Notes under the pieces: model-generated
Told to the model about the DNA's origin: nothing
Databases searched by the model: none
What the model saw: the letters and a program-made list of their open reading frames with translations, nothing else
Shown here: piece by piece, positions 1-11,745 of the stretch
Layout of the letters: each line of letters opens with the position of its first letter
Numbering within the stretch: position 1 is the stretch's first letter
Program-made: the position numbers and the translations under genes
Source of the DNA: Octopus bimaculoides
Lineage: Eukaryota
DNA length: 64,000 nucleotides
Assembly: GCF_001194135.2 (NCBI RefSeq)
Contig: NC_068999.1
Location: 24,159,763-24,223,762 of the forward strand
Direction: 5' to 3'

Positions 1-509
1 ACCCACAACCTCATCCTAACCTACACCCACCTGTACTTTCCCCACTCTCGCCTCCCCCACCTCCCAACACCATCACACCACACCACACTACACCAGACCA
101 CACAACACATCACATCACAACACACCACCATGCACACATCAGCACTGACCAATTCTCATCCCCACATTTTCACACCTACACATACACACACGTCAAGATC
201 ACCAGCCCTCTTTCACACGCACTTACATACTCTTACACACACACACCTTTGTTTTGGGATCACTACTACTTTGTTATCTCCCCTTCTTCTTAGCTCTCCT
301 GTGTGACCCTTCTGTTCAGCATTCGCCATGATAGATCGCTAACCACTACACACATTTTTTTTTCTCCTTGTTTCTTTCTGTGTTCCTTTCTGTGGAAGAG
401 TGTAGGCTCGAAACGTTAAAGACTTTTTTAATTCCCGAGCGTTATACTAATACATCTGTTTTGTTTTCTACACTGCCTGTCTTCGTCTTTTGTTTTTTTT
501 GTGAATTCT

Positions 510-512
<3 letters not shown>
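1..512 (+). mobile_element. Pseudo-LTR / 3' end of a Penelope-like element (C/A-rich tract, hammerhead-like motif, followed by (TA)n)
   Basis: C/A-rich 1-360, hammerhead-like motif at 386-421 and a T-rich tail ending in (TA)n. A related copy with the same tail lies at 39320-39620. Confidence 0.6.
386..421 (+). ncRNA. Minimal type I hammerhead-like motif, non-canonical core CUGUGGA (A6U)
   Basis: Helix I CTTT(386-389)/AAAG(418-421); core CTGTGGA 390-396 plus extra A; helix II GAGT-gtag-GCTC 398-409; GAAA 410-413; palindromic ACGT helix III; H17 = T417. Confidence 0.6.
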
Positions 513-548
<36 letters not shown>

Positions 549-549
549 T

Positions 550-1239
550 ACCCCCATTGAATCCAACCAGATGGTGAGTTTAGATGTGATAAATCTATTC
601 ACCAAAGTCCCAACTGGTGAAGCACTATCGGTGATTCAAGAAAAACTAGTGACAGACACCCATCTAAAAGAACGCACTAGTATACCAATAACAAACTTGA
701 TGGAAATGTTGACTTTCTGTGTAGAAACTACCTACTTCAGTATGGACATTGATATATATCGACAAGAAGATGGTTTAGCTATGGGTTTGCCATTATCACC
801 GATAATAGCCAATATATACATGGAATACTTCGAGAATTTGGCTTTAGGATCAACACCTCTAAAACCAACCCTATGGCTGCGATACGTTGATGACACCTTT
901 AGTCTCTGGCCCCACCAGCAAGATGTCCAAATGCTGTTAGATCATGTGAACTCAATAAATCCATCCATACAGTTCACCATGGAAAAGAACAATCAGCTGG
1001 CATTCCTGGATGTATTAATAACACGCACCGAGTATGGATTCAGGACATCCGTATATCGCAAGCCAACCTTCACTGGACGGTACCTTAACTTCAATTCCCA
1101 CCATCCATACAGTGTAAAGAGAGGAATTGCTCAGTGCCTAAAACATCAAGCAAAGAATATAAGTAGCGATCGTGATACCCACCACGAGGAAATGATCAAG
1201 CTCAGTAACAATCTATTAAGAAACAACTACCCCAAGAAC
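550..1239 (+). mobile_element. Penelope-like element reverse transcriptase, 5'-truncated, running into an N gap
   Basis: 223 open codons from 571 with PLE RT motifs SLDVINLFTKVP, RQEDGLAMGLPLSPIIANIYM, WLRYVDDT (YVDD 883-894), FLDVLI and YRKPTFTGRYLNFNSHHP. Confidence 0.93.
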
Positions 1240-1890
1240 NNNNNNNNNNNNNNNNNNNNNNNNNNNNNNNNNNNNNNNNNNNNNNNNNNNNNNNNNNNNN
1301 NNNNNNNNNNNNNNNNNNNNNNNNNNNNNNNNNNNNNNNNNNNNNNNNNNNNNNNNNNNNNNNNNNNNNNNNNNNNNNNNNNNNNNNNNNNNNNNNNNNN
1401 NNNNNNNNNNNNNNNNNNNNNNNNNNNNNNNNNNNNNNNNNNNNNNNNNNNNNNNNNNNNNNNNNNNNNNNNNNNNNNNNNNNNNNNNNNNNNNNNNNNN
1501 NNNNNNNNNNNNNNNNNNNNNNNNNNNNNNNNNNNNNNNNNNNNNNNNNNNNNNNNNNNNNNNNNNNNNNNNNNNNNNNNNNNNNNNNNNNNNNNNNNNN
1601 NNNNNNNNNNNNNNNNNNNNNNNNNNNNNNNNNNNNNNNNNNNNNNNNNNNNNNNNNNNNNNNNNNNNNNNNNNNNNNNNNNNNNNNNNNNNNNNNNNNN
1701 NNNNNNNNNNNNNNNNNNNNNNNNNNNNNNNNNNNNNNNNNNNNNNNNNNNNNNNNNNNNNNNNNNNNNNNNNNNNNNNNNNNNNNNNNNNNNNNNNNNN
1801 NNNNNNNNNNNNNNNNNNNNNNNNNNNNNNNNNNNNNNNNNNNNNNNNNNNNNNNNNNNNNNNNNNNNNNNNNNNNNNNNNNNNNNNNNN
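1240..1890. other. Assembly gap (N). Other gaps: 13880-14075, 18013-18128, 22485-22860, 38851-39192, 39708-40478, 42293-42504, 44410-44436, 47984-47993
   Basis: Runs of N in the sequence; most abut microsatellites. Confidence 0.99.
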
Positions 1891-1903
1891 CATAATTGCC
1901 CAC

Positions 1904-2196
1904 GGGCATATGGCGTAGTGGTTAAGAGCGCGGGCTACTAACCCCAAGATTCCGAGTTCGATTCACGGCAGCGACCTGATTAATAATAGTAATAATAATA
2001 ATAATATAATAATAGTAACATCGTTAGGAATGAGAACCCAGGTTCAAAATTTCCCCAAGACACCTGACGAAGGCTGGAGGGTATATCAGCCGAAACGTTG
2101 TGTTAACAACAAACAAGATGAGGACAAATATCCGTCAAATGTAAATAATGTAAATAATTCCTCATCTCTTAAATATAGAACTGTAATACATCTTTT
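1904..2196 (+). mobile_element. tRNA-headed SINE-like element with (AAT)n linker and hammerhead-containing tail
   Basis: A box TGGCGTAGTGG 1911-1921; B box GAGTTCGATTC 1954-1964; anticodon-like loop CT-ACT-AA; T-arm CCGAG/CACGG; acceptor stem does not pair; (AAT)n about 1979-2018; first TTTT at 2193-2196. Confidence 0.8.
2059..2104 (+). ncRNA. Minimal type I hammerhead ribozyme with intact core
   Basis: Helix I GACAC(2059-2063)/GTGTT(2100-2104); CTGACGA 2064-2070; extra A 2071; helix II GGCTG(2072-2076)/CAGCC(2087-2091); GAAA 2092-2095; palindromic ACGT; predicted cleavage after T2099 (GUU). Confidence 0.85.
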
Positions 2197-2204
2197 ATCT
2201 TTTA

Positions 2205-2585
2205 TCTTTTTTCAGTCATTCTGGGGCACTGCCTTGTAGGGTTTTAGTTGAATAAATTGATCCTAGTACTTATTTTTGAGCCTGATACTTATTCTGTTGA
2301 TCTTTTTTTTTGCCAAATTGCTAAGCTAAGGAAATGTAAACAAACCTACATTAGTTGTTAAGCATTGGTGGAGGATAAACACAAATGATAAACACAAATA
2401 CAAAGAAACACACATCTAGTAACATACAGTGGACTTCTTTTTGATTCTGTCCACCAAATCCACTCACAAGGCTTTGGTTGGCCTAGGGTTATATTAGGAA
2501 ACACTTGCTCAAAGTGCCATGCAGTGAGACTGAAACTGGAACCATGTGGTTGGGAAGCAAACATCTTACCACACAGCCACACCAT
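2205..2585 (-). mobile_element. Composite tRNA-derived SINE (family B: head, body, internal microsatellite, conserved domain, tail)
   Basis: Shares GGCTGTGTGGTAAG...GCTTCCCAACCACATGGTTC...CAGTCCCACTG...CTTG(A/G)GCAAG...ACTATAGCC with many other copies in this window. Confidence 0.85.
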
Positions 2586-3099
2586 ATGTTTGTCTGTGCA
2601 TGCATGTATGAGTTCATATTTGCATCATCCTCACATGTGTTCACTAGTTGTAAACAACAGCTTACTGACAGTCTTGTTTTATTACAGTACACCATGAAAA
2701 CATGTTTGAGCTTATTGACATGTTTTGTCATGTTGTGTGATCTATGTTAACAATAAGGCTCGTTCATGCCATGTCATTTGTTTCCAGTTCTCTGCATAAA
2801 TATGTTGTAGCTGTTTGTTGTTTGATAGACTGGGAGATTACTTATACTTTTGAAAAGAAGTGGGAGGTGGTGACAGGAAGAGTGTTTGATCTAGAAAACA
2901 CTGAGGCAACATACTTTTATTTGATTTCATGCAAGCATGAAAAAGTAGATGTTAAAATGGTGGTGGCGAGGAGGAGGAGGAGGGGAGGATATGTATCTAG
3001 ATATATATATATGTCACGGTATCAACCAAGCTATCAGATACTACATATTACTGGTCAGAGTACACTTCACATTGTTTTAGCTTTTGAATGATACCACTC

Positions 3100-3295
3100 T
3101 GCTTGCTTGATGAGCAGGCCAACATTTCCCGTAGACTAGTCTGTCACAAGGTTAACCATTTACAGCTAAATGGACTGGAGCAATGTGAAATTAAGTGTTT
3201 TGCTCAAGAACACGACACACCGCTTGATTAGGGAATTGAACTCATGATCTAGCAATTGTGACTGCAATATCCTAACCACCAGGCCACACACCTTC
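3100..3295 (-). mobile_element. tRNA-derived SINE (family C)
   Basis: Minus strand reads TGGCCTGGTGGTTAGGA...GAGTTCAATTCCC...GTTCTTGAGCAAAACACTT...CTCCAGTCCAT; related to 27640-27975 and 35430-35730. Confidence 0.75.
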
Positions 3296-3319
3296 ACTAT
3301 ATGTGTGTATGTATGTATC

Positions 3320-3560
3320 ATCATTATCATTTATCGGCCATTTTCCATGCTGGCATAGGTTAGATGGTTTGACAGAAGCTTGCAAACCAGAAGACTGTTC
3401 CAAGCTCTGTCTGCTTTAGCCTGGTTTCTGTGGGTGGATGCCTCTCCTAATACCAACCACTTTATAGAGTGTAGTAGATGCTTTTTACATGGCACCAACA
3501 TCAGTGAAGCCATCAAGTAACTTGAAAGATAAAGACTCCTCAACTGAGGAGGGGGGAGTT
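3320..3560 (-). mobile_element. SINE/LINE 3' end with (GAT)n-type tail (family D, RTE-like tail)
   Basis: CATCAT..TTT..CCATGC..GCAT.GG body shared with 4080-4165, 11743-11910, 45640-45755, 52560-52760 and 61640-61960. Confidence 0.7.
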
Positions 3561-3661
3561 GTATTGAAGAGGTGGCTTTGTGTCAGGTGACGAGAGGTTA
3601 AGCTTTGATAGAGTAACAGAAGTATCTTGCTGTAGAGGAAATACATTGCTATTCCATTTGC

Positions 3662-3693
<32 letters not shown>

Positions 3694-5828
3694 GCAGGGA
3701 GAGGGGGAGAGGGAGGGGAGGGGGAGGGAAGGAGAGAGAGAGAGAGAGAAGATGGTGGCAAATGTACCCTCAAGGTACATTTGTGTATGTGCCCCAGGGT
3801 GTACCCTCAAGGTACACGGTGAATGTAAATGGTGTGGTACACAGGATTGGACAGGGTGAGTGAGCAGGGAGTTCACAAGATTGCAAAGAGGGAGAGAGAA
3901 GGAGAAAAGGAGAATGCAGTGAGTGGTGAACAGAGGGGAGTGATAGGATACCAATGATACAGTGGCAGGGGAAAGGACTGGGGAGAGAGATCACACACAT
4001 GCACACACACACACGCACACACACACACACACACGCACACACACATACTTGTGTGTGAGTGTGCTTAAGTGCGTATGAGTCTGGACAGCTCCCAGCTGGT
4101 CAGCTCTATTTCAAACCATCCAGCCCATGCCAGTATGGAAAGTGGATGTTAAACAATGATGATGTGTGTGTGAAAATTTAGTAGGAAAAATTTTGTTGAG
4201 TGCAATGAAAAATTGTTGAGACACAAAAGCTAAATGTTTCGTAAAGTGTTTGTTGAAAATATTCTGTTTAATGAACTTTAATGATGATGTGTGACAACAT
4301 GAAAGAATGGAGTTTTAATGCTGTTTTGCTTTCACAAACTTCCCACTATAATTTAGAAATGAGAAATGTGTAACTGATTAAGTTTGGCAACAACCTGTAG
4401 CTACCTTCTTAATGCTTGGATAATATATTACTTTATCCATGTACAGTTAGTTGTCTTCTAACGGCTTAATAATCGTTTGTTTTTTGTAAATCATAACTGA
4501 AGAGTGTTTCTGTAGTCTAATTGCACATTGGTCCTATTTTAATCTTTTACAGTTAGCTTTTTAGCTAACAATGATTTCTATATACCTTTCAGAAGCAATG
4601 TATTATGACTTGAAGGAAACTGATGTTATAATGCTGGTGATAACAAGAGTTCTTATAATGACAATGGTGGAAATAATTGTACCATCCCTGCTGACATTAA
4701 GTTTTATTTAGAATATGTAAGATACGAATGTAGCACATTTATCCTGAGGTGTTTTGTATGACAAGAATTTTGAATATTCTCTCTTTTGGATAGAAGGGAA
4801 AAAGATGTTTGTTGAAGAGTTATATTATAGGATTGGTTTCCTAGTAACATAGGTGTCCTTTTATTTCCATCCAGTATAGCTATTGCAGAAATAACATGTT
4901 TTAAGTGTGAGATTTCTGTCTAAAATCAATGCATAAAGTATTGAAGAAATGCTTTAAAAAAAAGCCATCGATTTCAGCAAATTATAGGTGTTTAAAAGGT
5001 TTTTTAAGTGTTAAAATTTGTTTAAAGTATGTTGCACTCAAGCTGATATATTATTTGAAAAAATTATTAGAAAACATGATTTAGGCTCAAGAGGTGTAAC
5101 AGCTTTATTTATAGTTTGTGTTTTGATGTTATGTAAATCAAATATTTTGCTGTATCTAAAATTGCTTCATTCTTTTGTAAACAATGGTGTAAGTATTCAT
5201 TGACAAGGTTATTTTTCAGTTAGGTTTCTTTGTCATTATTATAACCCTTATCAATATCATTATAATTTAGTATTATTTGTTTTAGTACTAGTTTTCTCAT
5301 TATGATATCTATTCTGCTTGTCCTTGTTTCTATAATTACCACTGTGAGCCAACAAATTGCTCTCTGTAGTTATTTGACTTGCTAAGTGTAATAGCTAAAT
5401 CTCTATCAGCTCAACACCTTAACTGCATTGCTTGCAAATTAAAAATAACAAAACAATGGTGATATCAACAACATTGGAAGATTATTAAGAAGATTGAAAT
5501 GACAGACAAGATTACATAACCAAATTGCTAATCCTGTAGATTGCTATTAAATATTTGATTAGCTTATGTGAACACTCTTACATCCTTGTACTAGTAATTT
5601 TAGATATTGTAAAACACAAATAAATAATGTAAATATTTAGTTGAAGTTTGTACTGGGTTAAGTATTTTGCCTAACAAGAAAAATTCTTGACATTCTGATT
5701 TATTGAGATTATCGATTGAAAAACAAGATGAATTGGATGATAGTATAATACTGGGTAACTAAGTGACTACTCCCAGACACCTGGGAGTAGCCATTAACAC
5801 ACACACACATGCACATATATACAAGTAA

Positions 5829-6057
5829 GGCGGCGAGCTGGCAGAAACGTTAGCACGCCGGGCGAAATGCTTAGCGGTATTTCGTCTGCCGCTACGTTCT
5901 GAGTTCAAATTCCGCCGAGGTTGACTTTGCCTTTCATCCTTTCGGGGTCGATTAAATAAGTACCAGTTACGCACTGGGGTCGATATAATCGACTTAATCC
6001 GTTTGTCTGTCTTTGTTTGTCCCCTCTGTGTGTAGCCCCTTGTAGGTAGTAAAGAAA
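5829..6057 (+). mobile_element. Young tRNA-derived SINE (family A) with Meta/Nin-like central domain
   Basis: GGCGGCGAGCTGGCAGAAACG...GAGTTCAAATTCC...GACTTTGCCTTTCATCCTTTCGGGGTCGATTAAATAAGTACCAG; CpGs retained, so little decay. Confidence 0.88.
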
Positions 6058-6094
6058 TAACACGCACATATATACAAGCATATACTTCTGGGCT

Positions 6095-6301
6095 GCAAGG
6101 GTATGCTGAAAAGTTCCTGGCTTTGTGCAGGAGAATCAGTTAATTATGATTTTATTCAACATATTCCCCACTCAGATTCCATACTTACTGCAGCAGTCCT
6201 TCAGTTTTCCTAAGCCCTGTAAAAGGACTCAGAAGGTTGGGCCTCCAACCAGGTCTTTCACGATACCCTTAAAGCCAGGAACTTTTCAGCACCCCGTCGT
6301 A
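6095..6301. mobile_element. MITE, probably Tc1/mariner-derived
   Basis: Exact 21-bp inverted core TGCTGAAAAGTTCCTGGCTTT (6104-6124) versus AAAGCCAGGAACTTTTCAGCA (6271-6291); TA at the right end; no ORF. Confidence 0.8.
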
Positions 6302-9300
6302 TATGTCTGAGCCATGTGCACTACAACTGCTCAACAATTACAACAATTAGCAATAATTACTATGGTTGTTAAGTGTCATTAACCAATTAGTCACAATAAT
6401 GAAGAAAAACAAATACATTATCTTTAGTCATAACTATTTTATGAAAATTGAGTGGTAGACTTAATCTGTCCCCTTGGTTGAAACCTTTAACAGTTAAATT
6501 AAATTTCATGATTACTCCAGAAATGACCTTAGTTATCTATCAAAAATAGATTTGGTATTTTCTGCAAGTCACATTGCCTGATTAAACTTGGTACATCTCA
6601 ACAAAAATAGTCACAAACATGACATTCCTCAACAAAAGATAGAATGATATGTAAAACTGCTTTTTATAGTTAAGGGTAATGAAATTTTGAGTGGATACAT
6701 CTGATTTGGCAATAAAATTTAACATAAACCACTTAGTTCTTGGCAGCATTTAGCAGAATCCATTCTGTTGCAGTCATTTGGGCCAAATTTCCAGTCTAAG
6801 GATAGCTCATCCTGTTCCTCCCCTGAGTCATGGAAGCTGAAAAATGTGTCATTGATGCTGCCCTTCCTCATCTGATCGATCTGTTAAACAAATACTCCAT
6901 TTGATTCCCCATTTCCTCATTGATTTGTTAATAAAATGAAACGACAAATACTTCAGATAAAAATTTATTTTTTAAAACAACTAAAATATAAACAGACAAG
7001 TTGAAAACAACTGATGGTGTCTTAAAACATAAAGCTAGTATAGTGTTCAGTTCGATTAATTAGCTGTTGATGTTTATCCTGAGGAAAACAATGTTTAAGC
7101 AGACCAATGATGGAAAGTATTCCAGCCATGCCCATCTTGTTAATTTCTCAGGAATTGCACAATTAAGATTAAATTATCCAGTGTTTCTCCCTTTTCAGGA
7201 CAGTAGAAGTTTGGTTTGAGGGATGTTTGGTTGCTATTTTTAGCAGGTTCAAAGATCATGTAGAAGCTCTTTTTTGACTTATTGGATTAAGCAGTTACTG
7301 TTGCTAGTCTGTCTAAATTAATTTACCATAGTAACTCTGGGTTATAGAGGTAAATGTTGAAATTATTGTCAAAATTACTATCTTTACCAAGTGTCATTGT
7401 GTTATAATGAGACAGTACTACAGAATGTGTTGGTGAAAAATTGTCAGTTTGTGATGTTGCTTTAATGAGATGATGGTTGCTAAAGTGAAACAGTGATCTA
7501 GAATGTGTGATAGCACTATAGTAGAATGGTGCCATAGTGTGATAGTGCTAAACTGCAATATTATAATAGTGTAAAAAAAAAAGTTAGTAGTATACATTGA
7601 GTTTGGAGTTACAGCGTAACTTGATGTCATTGAATAACTCAGAATGAAAGAGAAATATTTAGTGTAAATATTTTTATCATAGCTCTTTATTTCAAACTAT
7701 GTATTTCTCTAAGGTTAACCAAAACTGTTTTATGTTTATTTAGCTGTCTCATTGTGTCTCATCACTTCTTAAATCAGCAAGCTTCAGAGAATCTGTCAAC
7801 ACATTTATCATATAAATTATTTTAAAATAAATTCTATAAAAAAGAAAACTATATAATCATAGAATCTCTAAAACTTTGAATTATATATATTTTTTTAAAG
7901 GAAGATGCTGCTATTGTTTTCAAATAATGTAGCTCTTTCAGAGATATCTATAAGTTAATTAAATATCAGAGCTGGAAAAATAGTTAAGATGTGAATTGTT
8001 ATTCTCCTGAATGACATCATATCCCACAAACATCTAGGAAAATAATAAGCATAGTTTATTTTTGACAAAATTTGAAGATAAAATATTTGAGAAACACAAA
8101 ACAAACAAAAAAATACCAGCAAAGCAGGGTGATTGTGGATTAAAATAAATTTACTTTAGAATATCATTCTAAAATAAGAATCAGCCAAGCATGGTTGCCA
8201 CTTTGACTTCATTCAGTATTGTGAAAATTGGTACAATAGTTGTGAACATGATAGAAAATGATACTAAAGTATCACAAAAAGACAGAAGAAAGAGAGACAG
8301 AGAGAAAAAGATGGAGAGAAAAAGATGGAGAGAAAGAGAAGGAGAGAGCACAAAAAGTTAGATTACAAAGATGTTATAAAATTATTTTGTTGATGTCAAG
8401 TATATTAATAAATTCACCTCATTTTTTGAAGTGTTAGATGAAAATAGTAATTTACATCTTTATTACATTGAACATTGCTAACATATCTGATGATGAAGCA
8501 GAAGTTGTGAGATGGAATATAATATGTTGAAGATATTTTAGAATACTGGTAATGTTGAACATTAGAAATCTATAATTCAGAAGAGTTTGTTGAGAACTAA
8601 GGTAGCTGTGTATGGTTATTTGGCCTGTTAAAAATAGCAGCTAAATCTTGCCATCTAACAAAAAGAATAACACTATAAATGTTTTTCAGACATGGTTCTA
8701 GATGTAGTGTCTGAAAAATAGATGAAATGGCCACTCTTAGATGTTTTTAATCTGGCTGAGCAACAAGAACAACAATGTACTGTTGTAGTAAACTGTTTAT
8801 TCATTGTTAACTCCCAAAGGGATCTCACTTCAATGCTGATTATATCCATATTAATTTCCATAATACAAGGGAAGAAAATATGCCAATTACTAAGAATAAG
8901 TAAATGCTTTAGCAAAGCTCTCGTAGAAAATCAAACCCTCAACTTCTTCCATTACACACTTTTTCCCCACATAGAAAGATACCTGTGTGGTAATGTTGAA
9001 AAGCCCCATGAAAAAGGAAGTAAAGTTGCGGAAGATTACTTCATTTTAAAGCAGAGTGGAAATCAAAAGCAGGATAAATGAGATGATTTCCTAGTGGCAA
9101 ACAAGAATAGAATATTATATATGGTATTATGAGCTGTGAGCCACTAATTCAGCAACCAGAAGGGAAACACTGTACATCTATAAAAAGGTAAAGTAAAGGA
9201 AAAGAAGAAAAGCAGTAGCAAAGTCAATGTATTACGCTGTGAAGAAAAGGAAAAGATATCAATGCTTTGGCCAGTTTGTCATTTGTCAAGATTGATGGAT

Positions 9301-10430
9301 AGAGTAAAAGAGTGAAAAAGAAAAATGGAGAAAGAATATTTGTCTCTGCCATCTTTTCAGAATTTTGTTATGGAAAAGAAAATCAGCTATTAAGTGTAAA
9401 ATAGCCTCAAAACAATTGTTACTATATCTATTTCTTCTGTTCAAAATTTTTCTGTAGCTTCACATTGTTAACATTAAAGAAGAAGCAGTTATTTTTTAAG
9501 ATTTTTGTTGTTGTTTTGACTTGGTGTGAACTTTCACAACACATTGATAGTTACAAAAATTTGGAAGTTTCATTTTGATATAAGAAAATATTATATCAGT
9601 AAAGAACTCATTTTTGTTCAATAAGGAATTTGTATGGAATCCATTATATTAAAAAGCCTAGAGAATAGCTTCATTTAGCTATTCAATATCTCAGTTTCTT
9701 TGCACTGGTGCAAAAGATAAACTGTCTTGAAGGATTTTAAAAAAAAATTGTATAACTGTTCTCAAAATGTAGACTATACACTTCTAAAAATCAAACTAAA
9801 GCACAACATCTATCTTATCTCAGAACAGTATAAAGAAAGCAACATACTCTACCGATTCATGTTCATGTGACAATGTGACTTGTGGCCAGTTATAAGTGAT
9901 GTCAGACATAAGGTATCTGGGATATGAACATTTGGAATCATATGGATTTTTAAATTGAGAGCAGACTTGGAAAGGATCAGGTTAGTTTTGGTTCTAGTTT
10001 TACATCACTGACAGCTTCAAAAACATCTTCACCAACTTCATTATTTGCAAGCTCTGACATAGTTTGTATATTTGCAAAATGGGGTACTGTTTAGGTGACT
10101 GCTTCTCAGAACACCTATATATATGTGGCAGGTATCTCAAAATCCATAGTTTAATATTTCTGTCACTCTACTGACAATGGTTTGAGTTGTTTCCTTGAAC
10201 CAAAGATACTCTCACAGCATATCATTTTTAATCCTTGCTACTTCTACAGACATTAATAAATGTTTTTCCTTTTAGTTCCGTCTTTTCCATCTCATTTCGC
10301 TTTAACCCCCACCACCTCACCAACATTCAGACTTTATCCTAACATTTGTGGAGTGCACATGCATATACATACAAATGCACTAATTTTCTTCCCCTGGTAC
10401 CCCAAACAAGTCTTCTTTTACCCATCTAGC

Positions 10431-10940
10431 AATATAAACAAGAGTGCATTTTGCACCAAAAGCCAATATGAGAGTTTCTTTCATTGTATCTACTGCAGTA
10501 AAGTCTGTTTCAAAAGAACATTCATATTTAAGTGAGGATAAATAATATCTCTCAATATTAATACTCCCTCTGTTGCTAATATATATTTTTTAACAAACTC
10601 ATTGGCTAATCACAATACCAGCACCTGTTCTGGTACTGTTATGCTATATTTGCTGGCAGGGAGATTACTTACTGCTATCTTTAGTGGCTGAGTGTCCATC
10701 GTTTATGAGACCAAAGAAGGTCAAAATCATGTGATCTGATGGTCTTGGGGCTGGAAGTGGTGGGGTTTTATCTCCCTTCTAGTGATACAAACAAGTGTGC
10801 ATTTTGCACCAAAAGCCAATATGAGAGTTTCTCTCATGGTATCTGCCATAGAATAGCTTGTTCTTATAGAACATCCATGTTTAAGTGGGGATAAATATTG
10901 CCTCTTGGTATTAATGCTACCTCTGTTGCTAATATATATT
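10431..10940 (+). repeat. Two direct copies of a roughly 150-bp dispersed repeat unit (10431-10585, 10785-10940)
   Basis: Both read GTGCATTTTGCACCAAAAGCCAATATGAGAGTTTCT...TTTAAGTG(A/G)GGATAAATA...CTCTGTTGCTAATATATA; the same unit is inverted at 24928-25215. Confidence 0.85.
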
Positions 10941-10992
10941 ACCTATCTATCTTTGCATACTAAAACATTTCTCCTAATTTATTTCCATCTAA

Positions 10993-11243
10993 TCATCATC
11001 ATCTTCATCCAGTGTTTTAAATCTGGGTTTTGTCCCCATTAACAGGAGTGGCCGGATCTACCTCAATGCCCTAGCAACCGCCCTCACACCATCTCGCCAT
11101 CTTGCCCGGTTTTGGGTGTCCTCCTTTTTCAAACCAACCCTCCCAATCTTCTCCTCCACCTTCCATTTGCCTCAAACACAATCACCCTCCTTAGAACATG
11201 CTCTTCATCCCTCCTCAACACATGCCCATACCACCTCATCTTT
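10993..11243 (-). mobile_element. RTE-clade LINE 3' end remnant
   Basis: Minus strand translates KMRWYGHVLRRDEEHVLRRVIVFEANG, a typical RTE ORF C-terminus, followed by a (GAT)n tail. Confidence 0.8.
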
Positions 11244-11279
11244 ATTCACATCCCATATTGTTTGTACATAATTGTTACA

Positions 11280-11540
11280 GGGGTGTAAACACACCAATAC
11301 CGGTTGTCTAATGGTGATGGGGAGACAAACACACATACATATATATTATATATATATATAGATACACACACACACACACACACACACAACAGGCTTCTTT
11401 CAGTTTCCATCTACCAAATCCACTCACAAAGGCTTTCGCCGGCCCGAGGCTATAGTAGAAAACACTTGCCCAAGGTGTCACACAGTGGGACTGAATCTGG
11501 AATCATGTGGTTGGGAGGCAAGCTTCTTACCACACAGCCA
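11280..11540 (-). mobile_element. SINE family B
   Basis: Matches the family B head and body on the minus strand. Confidence 0.8.
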
Positions 11541-11627
11541 TGCATGTACATCTACTTATCTATGAGTATGATTACTAGAACAATCATGCGTCATTCCATC
11601 CATATGCACATACTTACAAATTCTTCT

Positions 11628-11714
11628 TCTGGGCAAGTGTCTTCTACTATAGCCTCAGAGTGACCAAATCCTTGTGAGTGGATTTAGTAGACGGAAACTG
11701 AAAGAAGCCCATCG

Positions 11715-11745
<31 letters not shown>

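Noticed and set aside
1202-1947. Long ORFs spanning N runs (also at 13739, 17961, 22469, 38726, 39608 and 42235)
   Set aside because: They are open only because N codons translate as X.
1904-1978. Functional tRNA-Ser(ACT) gene
   Set aside because: Acceptor and anticodon stems do not pair properly; it behaves as a SINE head.
4593-4716. Exon-like segment with good acceptor (CCTTTCAG) and donor (GTAAGA) as the upstream GPCR coding exon
   Set aside because: The frame that would join the 14617 exon has TAG just before the donor, and the open frame has no ATG and the wrong phase. It could still be a 5' UTR exon; unsupported.
6719-6880. Minus-strand exon-like ORF (IDQMRKGSINDTFF...CCQELSGLC*)
   Set aside because: Acceptor-like site only; no recognisable homology or partner exons.
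8722-9081. 119-aa ORF (also the 87-aa ORF at 16951-17214)
   Set aside because: No recognisable domain or convincing splice context; expected by chance.
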